A stretch of DNA of 64,000 nt. Source: Flavobacteriales bacterium (lineage in GTDB: Bacteria; Bacteroidota; Bacteroidia; Flavobacteriales; JASBRU01). The position numbers and the translations under genes were made by a program. The notes beneath the pieces are model-generated. The model searched no databases. It was not told the origin of the DNA and worked only from the letters and a program-made list of their open reading frames with translations. The first letter of the stretch is position 1, and each line of letters starts with the position of its first letter. This document shows positions 8,697-17,773 of this stretch, piece by piece. Where the stretch lies: NCBI GenBank assembly GCA_030149285.1, contig JASBRU010000004.1, forward strand, positions 114,997-178,996. The letters run 5' to 3'.

Positions 8697-8701
8697 ATGC
8701 A

Positions 8702-9379
8702 TTACACAGTTCTTGCAAGTCTAAAGCCTAAGTCGTCAATTTTAAATTTTATGGGGTGGCTACGTCTACGGTTGGTGGCAATACAGCCTCTTGCCTCATC
8801 ACACCAACCCCCTCCACGAAAAATTCGATAAGAGCCATAAACTTCTTCATCATAAATATCTGAGCACCACTCCCAAACATTACCGAGCATATCATATAAG
8901 CCCCAATTATTTGGTGATTTTGCCCCCACATTATGGGTTTGTTGCTCAGAGTTTCCTTTATACCAAGCTATATCATCAAGCTCACCATAACGTATTTCTG
9001 TAGTGCCTGCCTTACATGCATACTCCCATTCTGCTTCGGTTGGTAGCCGATAGCCATTTACTTCTTTATTAAATTTTACTACTTCAGATTCGTTATCAAT
9101 TATATAACACTCTTTTAGCCCTGATTGTACAGAAAGCTGATTACAAAACACTACAGCCTCATGCCAAGTAACACTTTCAACAGGTCTTTTATCGCCCGTA
9201 AACGCTGATGGGGTCTGCCCGGTCAACTCCTTATAAATATCTTGTGTAACAGGATACTTAGCTAAAAGAAATGGTGCTATTTCAACCTGCCACTCTTCTT
9301 TTATTCTATCGTCTCTCAATAAAACCTTTCCTTTTGGAATAGAAACCATCTCATCTTCATATGCCTTTATATCTGCCAT
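8702..9379 (-). CDS. formylglycine-generating enzyme (SUMF1/FGE-sulfatase) family protein
   Basis: YRLPTEAEWEYAC, PN.WGLYDMLGNVWEWC, RGG.W, GFRLAR. Confidence 0.93.
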   Translation of the reverse strand: MADIKAYEDEMVSIPKGKVLLRDDRIKEEWQVEIAPFLLAKYPVTQDIYKELTGQTPSAFTGDKRPVESVTWHEAVVFCNQLSVQSGLKECYIIDNESEVVKFNKEVNGYRLPTEAEWEYACKAGTTEIRYGELDDIAWYKGNSEQQTHNVGAKSPNNWGLYDMLGNVWEWCSDIYDEEVYGSYRIFRGGGWCDEARGCIATNRRRSHPIKFKIDDLGFRLARTV

Positions 9380-9450
9380 GCGTTATTGAGTTTAATTGGG
9401 CATAAAAATAGCTTTTTGTACTTTTATAGAACTACTATTAACCCCAAATT

Positions 9451-9903
9451 ATGGAAACCCAAACTACCACAAAAGATGGCTTTGCAATCCATCATGATTT
9501 TGTAATTAAAGCTCCTATAAAAAAAGTATTCGCAGCTATTTCAGAACCCAGTCATTTAATCAACTGGTGGCCACAAAAATGCTCAGGTACACCCAAGCTT
9601 GGTAATGAGTACAATTTTTATTTTACCGAAGAGTATGACTGGCTAGGTAAGGTTATTGCATGCGAGCAAGACAAAACCTTTCATATAAAAATGACCAAAG
9701 CAGATGATGACTGGAGCCCTACCTCTTTTGGTTTTGATTTAGAGGAAACCAAAAATGGTGTATTAGTGAAATTTAAGCATAAAAATTGGCCTGCATGTAA
9801 TGCACATTTCAGATACTCATCTTTTTGTTGGGCTATACTATTAAATGGCTTAAGAAATTATGTTGAAAAAGGCATTATTATTCCTTTTGAAGAAAGAGAG
9901 TAA
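9451..9903 (+). CDS. SRPBCC/AHSA1 domain protein
   Basis: I.API.KVF.AIS....L..WW...F.L......V.F.H..W....W...L..LR.YVE.G. Confidence 0.88.
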   Translation: METQTTTKDGFAIHHDFVIKAPIKKVFAAISEPSHLINWWPQKCSGTPKLGNEYNFYFTEEYDWLGKVIACEQDKTFHIKMTKADDDWSPTSFGFDLEETKNGVLVKFKHKNWPACNAHFRYSSFCWAILLNGLRNYVEKGIIIPFEERE

Positions 9904-9988
9904 GAAAATATTATATATTATTTTCTACGCTTTGAAAATATATATGAAAAAAAATCCGTTAGTAGTGTAGACCAATACCTCTACTACA

Positions 9989-11563
9989 ATGAAACTAACA
10001 CTAACCTCCCTAGCCCTGCTATTGGTATGCTCTATTACCATGGCACAAAATCAAAGCCAAACCCTTTTATTTGATTATGACGACTACAGCTTAAAAAGTA
10101 AACATCAAAATCAATTACAAATTCTATTAGATAGTTTAGAAAAGTATGATGATTATTCAATAACCATTTCTGGACATACAGATGCAGATGGAAGTGATGA
10201 GTACAACAAAACCTTATCGCAAAACCGCACAAATTCTGTAAAAGACTATTTTATCGAGCATAATATCCCTTCTGATAAAATAAGTACCGCATCACTAGGT
10301 GAAAAAAAGCCTGTTGCCAATAATAGCTCACTTAGTGGTAAGCAGCAAAACCGTAGAGTAGAAGTAACCATTAATTATATCCATAAAAAAGAAGTAGTAG
10401 ACATTTGGGAATTATACCAGCAGACGATAAACCCACCAAAAGAATATGTTATAAATAATACAAAAGACACTGTTCTGAGATGTGATAAGGGAACGTTGCT
10501 TTACATAAAAGCAAACTCATTTATTGATAATGGAACACCCATAAAAGACGAGCAAATTACGCTTCAAGTAAAAGAGGTTTACGATAAGTCTGATATGATA
10601 TTAGAAAGTCTAACCACTACATCAAATGGTGCCTTATTAGAAACAGGTGGGATGGTTTACATAAATGCTTTTGGTAAAAATGAGAAACCAGCAGAAATTG
10701 CCCCCGATAAGAGTATAACCGTTTTTAAACCTACCGACAACATTATACAAAACACCTTGCTGTTCACCGGTGAGCGTGACCCACATAATGATGTTATGGA
10801 TTGGACCCCGACAAATTCAACTATGACAGATGCCTCCGCAATAGGCCTTGCTTACTGCAGTAGCGAAGCATTATATAAAAATGTAACCGGTCCCAGAGAT
10901 AAAGGCAAAAGGAAAATTGATAATTGCCCATTTTTCTTTTGTAAGATAAATAGGTTCTTTGGAAGCCTTGCTAAGTCAAAAGAAGAAAGAGACAAAACTT
11001 CAAATAGAAAAGCTAGGAAAAATGTAAGAACAAGGGGGTATGAAGATATAGGGTACGAATACGACTGTACAAAACGAGACTCAATACTTGATTTTTATGG
11101 TTTTGACGACTACCAAGATTTAATTGCTGAATTAAAAAGGGAAAAATTAAGGGGTATTGAAACAAACTATAATAACTCAGCAATCCGATTTGAGGATTTA
11201 CAATACTATACTTTTAATGTAAATGGGTTTGGCTGGAACAATATTGATGCTTTTTTAAAAATGCCGGCAAGAGCCCTAACGGAAGTTAATGTAAATGTAA
11301 AGCCCCAAACTAATATAGATATTAGGCTAGTGTTTAAAAAAAGAAATATACTAGCATACGGCAGTAGTCATAATAATCAATATAGGTTTGAAAGTATGCC
11401 AAAGGGGGAAAGAGCCTATTTAGTGGCATTAAAATATGACGGTGACAGCCCGCTTGTTTCTATTGAAGAAATTAAAGTTGAAAAAGGCGCAACCTATAAT
11501 GTGAACTTTAAGAAACTTAGCCTAGATGAACTAAAACAAGAGCTGAAAAAAATCAACTCCTAA
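9989..11563 (+). CDS. OmpA-like peptidoglycan-binding domain protein with large C-terminal domain
   Basis: GHTD.DGS..YN..LS..R..SV..Y...NRRVEV at the N-terminus; C-terminal GT..I.ANSF / LETGGM / GW.N.D motifs. Confidence 0.85.
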   Translation: MKLTLTSLALLLVCSITMAQNQSQTLLFDYDDYSLKSKHQNQLQILLDSLEKYDDYSITISGHTDADGSDEYNKTLSQNRTNSVKDYFIEHNIPSDKISTASLGEKKPVANNSSLSGKQQNRRVEVTINYIHKKEVVDIWELYQQTINPPKEYVINNTKDTVLRCDKGTLLYIKANSFIDNGTPIKDEQITLQVKEVYDKSDMILESLTTTSNGALLETGGMVYINAFGKNEKPAEIAPDKSITVFKPTDNIIQNTLLFTGERDPHNDVMDWTPTNSTMTDASAIGLAYCSSEALYKNVTGPRDKGKRKIDNCPFFFCKINRFFGSLAKSKEERDKTSNRKARKNVRTRGYEDIGYEYDCTKRDSILDFYGFDDYQDLIAELKREKLRGIETNYNNSAIRFEDLQYYTFNVNGFGWNNIDAFLKMPARALTEVNVNVKPQTNIDIRLVFKKRNILAYGSSHNNQYRFESMPKGERAYLVALKYDGDSPLVSIEEIKVEKGATYNVNFKKLSLDELKQELKKINS

Positions 11564-11600
11564 TATTTATACTTATTTTGGCTATACATTTATAAAAACT

Positions 11601-11903
11601 ATGGAAGCCAACTATACATTAATAAACAATACCGATGCCAAACAATATGAGTTTCATGTGGATGGATTTACCCCTAAGGTAGAATACATTATAGCGCAAG
11701 AGCGCATATTCTTAACCCACACAGAAATACCCAAAGAACTGGAAGGAAAAGGAATAGGTTCTGCCCTAGTAAAGGCTGTGTTAGAAGATATTGAGAAGCA
11801 AAACCTCACGCTTGTACCCCTTTGCCCTTTTGTTGCATTAGTATTGAAAAGAAATCCTGAATGGAAACGTTTAGTAATGAAAGGCATTAATATTGGCGAG
11901 TAA
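11601..11903 (+). CDS. GNAT family N-acetyltransferase (YjdJ-like)
   Basis: THTE.P..LEG.GIGS.LV...VPLCPFV. Confidence 0.88.
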   Translation: MEANYTLINNTDAKQYEFHVDGFTPKVEYIIAQERIFLTHTEIPKELEGKGIGSALVKAVLEDIEKQNLTLVPLCPFVALVLKRNPEWKRLVMKGINIGE

Positions 11904-11915
11904 ATTACCCCTATC

Positions 11916-13079
11916 ATGAAAACTATAAAAACACTCTTTTTACTTCTTTTTCCACTATCATTATTTGCACAAACTGCAGAACACCAAATTTCTTTTGCCC
12001 GAGACCCTAAGCCCCTAGCATATTATGTAGAACAAGCTGAGCTTTGGTGGAAGGCCATTGAGCAAGATGATACATCAGAAGAAAATTGGTACAACTATTT
12101 TAGAGCCTGCCGAAATGCACATGGTACAGCCGACTGGCGTTCTGACTTTACCAAAGAATCTCCCTACTTAAAAACCGGAGAGGATATTATGGCTTTGATT
12201 GCCAAAAATATTCCAAACACGTTTACCTATTACTATATTTCTTATCTCAAAAATGGTATTGGAACTGCTAACAGTAGCGATATATTAAAGGCATACAAAA
12301 TGAACCCCAATTTTGAGGGCATCCATTCTAGTGTTATTTCTTATGCCGAAAGTAGCTTAGATAGAGACTTAAGAAAAAAGGTAAATAAAGAGTGGTACAA
12401 CACAAACTATGTTTCTTACCAGCTCCTAAACTATGCTTACAATGTATTGATGTCTATAGACGATAATGCCATCTTATTTACCCAACACGATAATGATACT
12501 TACCCTGTATGGTTACTACAAGACGCAAAAAATATTAAGCCCGATGTAATGGTTATCAGCATTGATTTTTTGCTGCTTGAAAACTACCGAGAAACTATAT
12601 TTAAAGCCTTAAACGTTCCGCCTTTAGATTTGGGTGAGGTAGATTTAGATGAGTATCACTTAAATTGGGAAAAAGTAGTGTCTCATATCATTACAAACTA
12701 CAAAGGAGAGAAACCAATACATGTGGGGATGACTCTTTTTAATCACCTTTACGAAGATTTTGAAGACCAACTTTTTGTTTGTGGCTTAACGCTTCAGTAC
12801 TCTTCTACCCCCTTAGAACTTGGCAAACTAAATAGATACCTGTACGAAGATGTTTTTTTGTTAGACTATATAAGGCATAACTACACTGTAGATCCTAATC
12901 AGTTAAACATCAACTACCAAAACATCAACTATGTTTCTATCCTAAAAAGAGTATATAATCAATACCAAGAAGAAGGAAAAACAACTGAGGCTGAGCAAGC
13001 AAAAAACTTAGCCATTTACATTGCCAAGCAAATAAATAACCCTGCATTTTCGGAGCAAGTACTAGCAGAATTTAAGTGA
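11916..13079 (+). CDS. secreted hypothetical protein with DUF2723/TMEM260-like soluble domain
   Basis: Signal peptide; YAYNVLMS...NAILFT.HDNDTYP.W..Q...PDV..I...L motif. Confidence 0.65.
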   Translation: MKTIKTLFLLLFPLSLFAQTAEHQISFARDPKPLAYYVEQAELWWKAIEQDDTSEENWYNYFRACRNAHGTADWRSDFTKESPYLKTGEDIMALIAKNIPNTFTYYYISYLKNGIGTANSSDILKAYKMNPNFEGIHSSVISYAESSLDRDLRKKVNKEWYNTNYVSYQLLNYAYNVLMSIDDNAILFTQHDNDTYPVWLLQDAKNIKPDVMVISIDFLLLENYRETIFKALNVPPLDLGEVDLDEYHLNWEKVVSHIITNYKGEKPIHVGMTLFNHLYEDFEDQLFVCGLTLQYSSTPLELGKLNRYLYEDVFLLDYIRHNYTVDPNQLNINYQNINYVSILKRVYNQYQEEGKTTEAEQAKNLAIYIAKQINNPAFSEQVLAEFK

Positions 13080-13080
13080 T

Positions 13081-13275
13081 ATGGATACTTTGGGACAAAT
13101 ATTATGGTACTTACTATTTGCTAGCCCTATTATTGCCATACCCATTGCATTAAAGTTGAGTAAAAAAGTAAAAGTCCGTATTCTGTTATGGTTAAGCATT
13201 TCATTGGTATTAGCAACACTTTGTTACTTTTTAAGCATCTCTATTTTATTCAGAGGCGGAATGGGGCCAACATAA
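13081..13275 (+). CDS. small hypothetical membrane protein (2 TM)
   Basis: 64-aa ORF packed between co-oriented genes, two hydrophobic helices. Confidence 0.65.
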   Translation: MDTLGQILWYLLFASPIIAIPIALKLSKKVKVRILLWLSISLVLATLCYFLSISILFRGGMGPT

Positions 13276-13284
13276 ACTTTAACA

Positions 13285-13725
13285 ATGCAAATTGAAAAAC
13301 TAAATACCAATAACCTCAACGCTTTAGTAGAGCTTTACCTAAAGCTCTTCCCCAATTGTAATTATACCGAAGAACAAGCATACTTTACAAAAGCCCTGAG
13401 TACTGATAAAGAAACCTGCTTTCTGTTAAAGAAAGAGGATAACTATATTGCCTTTATACACCTCAACCTACGTACAGATTATGTTGAAGGCACCAGTACC
13501 TCACCTGTTGCATACCTAGAAGCCATTTACGTAGAACCCGACTACCAAAAAACAGGCATTGGTAAACTATTGGTAGAGCAAGGCAGGCAATGGGCAAAAA
13601 CGATGGGCTGCACAGAGTATGCCTCTGATGTAGAGCTGACCAATGAAAACAGCATTGGCTTTCATAAAAACATGGGTTTTACCGAAGTAAATAGGGTAGC
13701 TTGTTTTATGAAGAAGATAAAATAA
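13285..13725 (+). CDS. aac(6'): aminoglycoside 6'-N-acetyltransferase, AAC(6')-I family
   Basis: LR.DYVEG...SPVAYLE.IYV....K.GIG..L.....WAK..GCTE.ASD..L.N..S..FH...GF.E..R. Confidence 0.85.
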   Translation: MQIEKLNTNNLNALVELYLKLFPNCNYTEEQAYFTKALSTDKETCFLLKKEDNYIAFIHLNLRTDYVEGTSTSPVAYLEAIYVEPDYQKTGIGKLLVEQGRQWAKTMGCTEYASDVELTNENSIGFHKNMGFTEVNRVACFMKKIK

Positions 13726-13764
13726 AATTTACATAAAACTGACATTAATTAAACCCATATAATA

Positions 13765-14817
13765 ATGTATAATACTCCAAACATATTTAACTACGCCACT
13801 AGTGAATTAAGTCAAGATGCTTTCTTAGCATGGCTTATAGAATGGTCAGACCCTAAATACAAAATAGAAAATGAAAAATTACATAGTTTAGGGAAAGCGT
13901 TTTTAGAGTCCCTTATAGCTATTGAAGAAAGAAAATTAAGTGATGATTATAAGGGTTTGAAAATTCGAAGGCAATATCATAAAATAGATGTTTTTGTAAC
14001 ATTTGAATCGGATGGTGAGAAAATAGCTCTTATTATAGAAGATAAAGTGGGATCTTCTAATCATAGTAATCAACTAGATAGATATTTAAAAAAAATAAAA
14101 TCTAAAGATTATGATAAAGTAATTCCTATTTATTTTAAAACCGAGTTTCAGCATAGTTTTAAAGAGATAATAGGTAAGGGTTACTCCCCATATACAATTA
14201 AAGACTTTTTAAAAGTCTTGAAAAAAGGAATAGAGCAAGGGATTGATAATGCTATTCTCATTAATTACTATCAATATATAATGAAAAAAGAAGAAAAATA
14301 TGATCGTAATAAATCTTCATTTGAGAATTATAAAGAGTTTCCCGTTAACGAATGGAATTGGTGGGCTTGTACAGGTTTTTTTAATGACAACCAAGAGTTA
14401 TTTAATGCAAAATGGGAATCGGTACCAAATACCCGCGAACCATTATTAGCGTTCCCGTTTGGTTTTATACCCCTATCAATTATTGATGTTGATACTAATG
14501 AAACTATAACTATTGAACCTTATTTAGATATAAAATATTCCGACAGTAAAAAAATTACTATTGATTTTAGGTTATGGTTAAAGGGTCATCAACAACAAAA
14601 TAATAGAAACAAAAACCACATTTACGACAAGCTGTATCCATACTTACAAAATAACCATATAAAACATAAAAAAACTCGGTTTAAAAAAGCTAAACAATCT
14701 CTTTTACTTGCGCAAATAGTAGATTTTAATGATGATTTATATCACAACCAGCTAATTGATTTATTGGATAAATATAAATCTGTCTTACATAGTTTCGTAA
14801 AAAATTATCCTAATTAA
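13765..14817 (+). CDS. PD-(D/E)XK nuclease family protein (PDDEXK_4-like)
   Basis: NIF.YATSELSQDAFLAWL, KIDV, IIEDK.....HSNQLDRY; very AT-rich. Confidence 0.8.
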   Translation: MYNTPNIFNYATSELSQDAFLAWLIEWSDPKYKIENEKLHSLGKAFLESLIAIEERKLSDDYKGLKIRRQYHKIDVFVTFESDGEKIALIIEDKVGSSNHSNQLDRYLKKIKSKDYDKVIPIYFKTEFQHSFKEIIGKGYSPYTIKDFLKVLKKGIEQGIDNAILINYYQYIMKKEEKYDRNKSSFENYKEFPVNEWNWWACTGFFNDNQELFNAKWESVPNTREPLLAFPFGFIPLSIIDVDTNETITIEPYLDIKYSDSKKITIDFRLWLKGHQQQNNRNKNHIYDKLYPYLQNNHIKHKKTRFKKAKQSLLLAQIVDFNDDLYHNQLIDLLDKYKSVLHSFVKNYPN

Positions 14818-14869
14818 GTCTTTATCAATATGGTTCCAAATACTATGTTTTTAAAAAACCCTTTTTCGC

Positions 14870-14900
14870 TATTTAAAATCAATCTAAATAATTATCTTTG
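14870..14900 (+). promoter_or_regulatory. Palindromic operator (TATTTAAAATCAATCTAAATA), possible iron-box, adjacent to the -7 element TATCTTTG
   Basis: Imperfect 21-bp palindrome abutting an exact TAnnTTTG upstream of an IsdG-like gene. Confidence 0.5.
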
Positions 14901-14929
14901 GCAAAAATTTTACTTAAACATTATATACT

Positions 14930-15262
14930 ATGAGCTTAGGTTTTGCCGCAGTAAACTATATTACTTGTAAAGAAGATTATAAAGAGCGTTTTGAAGAATT
15001 ATTTACTTCTCGTAAAGGTGCTATTGATAAAATGCCGGGGTTTAGAAACATGCATGTGTTGAAACCACAAACAGATGACAACAGCACTTACCTTATTGTA
15101 AGCTACTGGGATGATGAAAGTAACTTTAAAGAGTGGACTCAGTCTGAGGCATTTATTGAAGGTCACAAAAGAGGTTTCGAGGATATTACCAAAGCGCGTG
15201 AGCAAGGTATTGAGCCTCCAATGACATCAGATTTTAAAACATACGCTATACTTACCAACTAA
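14930..15262 (+). CDS. ABM family monooxygenase, IsdG/HmoA-like heme-degrading
   Basis: N...FEE.F..R...I..MPGF...W.....F..W..SEAF...H; Asn/Trp/His pattern of the IsdG family. Confidence 0.75.
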   Translation: MSLGFAAVNYITCKEDYKERFEELFTSRKGAIDKMPGFRNMHVLKPQTDDNSTYLIVSYWDDESNFKEWTQSEAFIEGHKRGFEDITKAREQGIEPPMTSDFKTYAILTN

Positions 15263-15264
15263 TT

Positions 15265-15381
15265 ATGAGCCGTTTTAAAGGCTACATAAAAAAAGTTGGA
15301 ATAATAGGCTTTCTATTCTTTTTGGTAAAAGGTCTTATATGGCTTGGCATCTTCTTTTGGGGTGCCAAAGCCATTAGTTAA
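15265..15381 (+). CDS. 38-aa single-TM small protein (not in ORF track)
   Basis: MSRFKGYIKKVGIIGFLFFLVKGLIWLGIFFWGAKAIS; starts 2 nt after the ABM stop and ends 7 nt before the convergent corA stop. Confidence 0.7.
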   Translation: MSRFKGYIKKVGIIGFLFFLVKGLIWLGIFFWGAKAIS

Positions 15382-15388
15382 TAGGCTC

Positions 15389-16453
15389 TTATAACCACCC
15401 CTTGCGCTTAAAGTAGCGTAGCATTATGAGTGCTACTATAATAAGCACTACCCAAAAAATAAGGTAGCTGTACTTGTAATGCAGTTCGGGTAAAAAGTCA
15501 AAATTGGTTCCGTAAATACCTGCCACAAAGGTTAGCGGAATAAAAACAGCAGAAAAGATAGTGAGTACTTTCATTATCTCATTCATCTTATTACTCAGGT
15601 TTGAGTGATGAATCATCAACTGATCAGATAACATTTCTCTATACGTTTCTACCTCTTCATTTACTTGCACTGTAGAGTCTTGTAAATCTTTTATAAATTC
15701 TTGGGTTCGTTTGCTTATTAGCTTATTTTCTAATTTAGAAAATTGCAGCACTGCTTCTCTTGCAGGTCTAATGTTCTTTCGTAAAAAGTTAAGTTCCCTT
15801 TTATAGGTTTTAATCTTATCTAACAGCTTAGGGTTATCCGGTATTAGCACGGCAGCCTCTAAATCCTCTATTTTTTCTCCCAGTAAGCCTACTATATACA
15901 TATAGTTATCTATAACGGTATCCATTAAAGCATAGGCCAAATAATCGGGTCCGGCATTTCTAATTCTACCTCTTTGCTTTCGCAGTCGCTCTCTTACCGA
16001 GTCAAAAACATCACCCCCTTGCTCCTGAAAAGTGATGAGCATATTGGGCATAATCACCATACTTAACTGCTCACTAATAAGGTTGTTATTTTGGTCTAAG
16101 TGAAGCATTTTTAAAGTAGAAAAGATACAGTTATCAAACTCTTCTATTTTAGGTCGTTCATCTACGTTAAATATATCTTCCATCATCAACGGATGAAAGT
16201 CAAACAAGCCTGTAAGTTTGCCAATAGTCTCTACATCATGTAAGCCCGTAATATTTACCCATGTGCAAGTGCTAGAAGTCTCGTACTGCTTAATTTGCTC
16301 TATATCTTGGGTGTCTACTTCTGTAAAGTTATCACTGTTATAATCTATAATAGCAATATGAACTTTTTCTTGTTTTTTTACCCCTGTATAAAGCAATGTA
16401 CCAGGCATAGAGCCTATTTGGTCTTTTTGCTTACGTAAATATCTCCTTGTCAT
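15389..16453 (-). CDS. corA: magnesium/cobalt transporter CorA
   Basis: WVNITGLHD, HPL..EDI, RPKIE, PLTF.AGIYGTNF..LPEL (GMN variant GTN). Confidence 0.93.
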   Translation of the reverse strand: MTRRYLRKQKDQIGSMPGTLLYTGVKKQEKVHIAIIDYNSDNFTEVDTQDIEQIKQYETSSTCTWVNITGLHDVETIGKLTGLFDFHPLMMEDIFNVDERPKIEEFDNCIFSTLKMLHLDQNNNLISEQLSMVIMPNMLITFQEQGGDVFDSVRERLRKQRGRIRNAGPDYLAYALMDTVIDNYMYIVGLLGEKIEDLEAAVLIPDNPKLLDKIKTYKRELNFLRKNIRPAREAVLQFSKLENKLISKRTQEFIKDLQDSTVQVNEEVETYREMLSDQLMIHHSNLSNKMNEIMKVLTIFSAVFIPLTFVAGIYGTNFDFLPELHYKYSYLIFWVVLIIVALIMLRYFKRKGWL

Positions 16454-16529
16454 AAACCTAGTTTGCTATAAAGATAAAACCAATCCTCTAACAATTTATA
16501 AAAAATTCTCATTCATGCCCTCAAACCGC

Positions 16530-16580
16530 TATCTTTGCGCAAAGCAAAAAAGATAGTATCTTTAAGCTTTTAAGATACTA
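16530..16580 (+). promoter_or_regulatory. -7 promoter element TATCTTTG followed by a 5'-UTR hairpin (TAGTATCTT-N9-AAGATACTA)
   Basis: Exact TAnnTTTG at 16530-16537; perfect 9-bp inverted repeat at 16554-16580, upstream of the PSP1 ATG. Confidence 0.55.
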
Positions 16581-16603
16581 AACGAACAGAGAGAGATTAG
16601 ATT

Positions 16604-17773
16604 ATGGGATGTAGTAGTTGTTCGGGTGGTGGCGGAGTACCAAATGGTTGCCGAAACAACGGAAGTTGTGGCAACGGAGGCTGTAATAAACTAACCGTTT
16701 TTGACTGGTTGGCAAATATGAGGCTTCCTAACGACCAAGTGCCTTTTGATTGCGTTGAAGTACGTTTTAAAAACGGACGAAAAGAGTTTTTTCGCAATGT
16801 TAATAATTTGCCTTTGGCAGTAGGAGATACAGTAGCCGTAGAGGCTTCACCAGGACATGATATTGGTGTTGTATCTGTAATAGGAGAATTAGTGCGTGTG
16901 CAAATGCGCAAGAAAAAGGTTACAGAAGATAGCGAGGACGTTAAAAAGTTATACCGCAAAGCTACCCAAAAAGATATAGATAAATGGCAGGAAGCGCGCG
17001 ACCGTGAGCACGATACAATGCACCGTTCTAGAGAAATAGCTTTAAAGCTAGGTCTTAAAATGAAGTTGAGCGATGTAGAGTTTCAGGGCGATGGTTCTAA
17101 AGCTACCTTTTATTATACCGCAGATGAACGAGTTGACTTTAGACAGCTCATTAAAGATTTGGCGGGAGCATTTAGTGTGCGCATAGAAATGCGCCAAATT
17201 GGTGCCAGACAAGAGGCAGCCCGATTAGGGGGTATAGGCTCTTGTGGTAGAGAGTTGTGCTGTAGTACATGGCTTACAGATTTTAGATCTGTAAACACCT
17301 CAGCGGCTCGTTACCAACAACTGTCCTTAAACCCTCAAAAGTTAGCAGGGCAATGTGGTAAGCTAAAGTGCTGTTTGAACTATGAGCTGGATAGCTACAT
17401 GGATGCATTGAAAGTTTTCCCGGACACCAATGTGCGTTTGAAAACAAAACAAGGCGAAGCGTTCTTCCAAAAGATGGACATTTTTAGCGGCAGAATGTGG
17501 TATAGTTATACTACCAATCCGCAACACTTTATACAAGTAACGGTAGAATCAGTAAAAGAAGTTATTGAGAGCAATAAACGAAATGAGATTCCGCTAACGT
17601 TAGATGAGTATATTGAGGAAACAAAACAAGTGGTTGTAGAAGACTACACAAATGTAGTAGGGCAAGATAGCCTTACTCGTTTTGATCAGCCAAAAAACAA
17701 AAGCAAAAAAAGACGCAACAATAAGTCTAGAAATAAGAACAATAGAAACAGAAATGCTAAAAAACCATCATAA
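16604..17773 (+). CDS. PSP1/RicT (YaaT) family Fe-S protein
   Basis: FYYTA..RVDFR.L...A......IEMRQIG.R.EA..LGGIGSCGRELCC, LAGQCGKLKCCL.YE. Confidence 0.92.
   Translation: MGCSSCSGGGGVPNGCRNNGSCGNGGCNKLTVFDWLANMRLPNDQVPFDCVEVRFKNGRKEFFRNVNNLPLAVGDTVAVEASPGHDIGVVSVIGELVRVQMRKKKVTEDSEDVKKLYRKATQKDIDKWQEARDREHDTMHRSREIALKLGLKMKLSDVEFQGDGSKATFYYTADERVDFRQLIKDLAGAFSVRIEMRQIGARQEAARLGGIGSCGRELCCSTWLTDFRSVNTSAARYQQLSLNPQKLAGQCGKLKCCLNYELDSYMDALKVFPDTNVRLKTKQGEAFFQKMDIFSGRMWYSYTTNPQHFIQVTVESVKEVIESNKRNEIPLTLDEYIEETKQVVVEDYTNVVGQDSLTRFDQPKNKSKKRRNNKSRNKNNRNRNAKKPS

Noticed and set aside
9903-9926. AGAAAATA-N8-TATTTTCT inverted repeat
   Set aside because: Almost entirely A/T in an AT-rich spacer; weak as a terminator or operator.
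8001-14817. Integron cassette array
   Set aside because: Gene content is cassette-like, but no intI is present, the spacers are too short, and no repeated attC-like inverted repeats were found.
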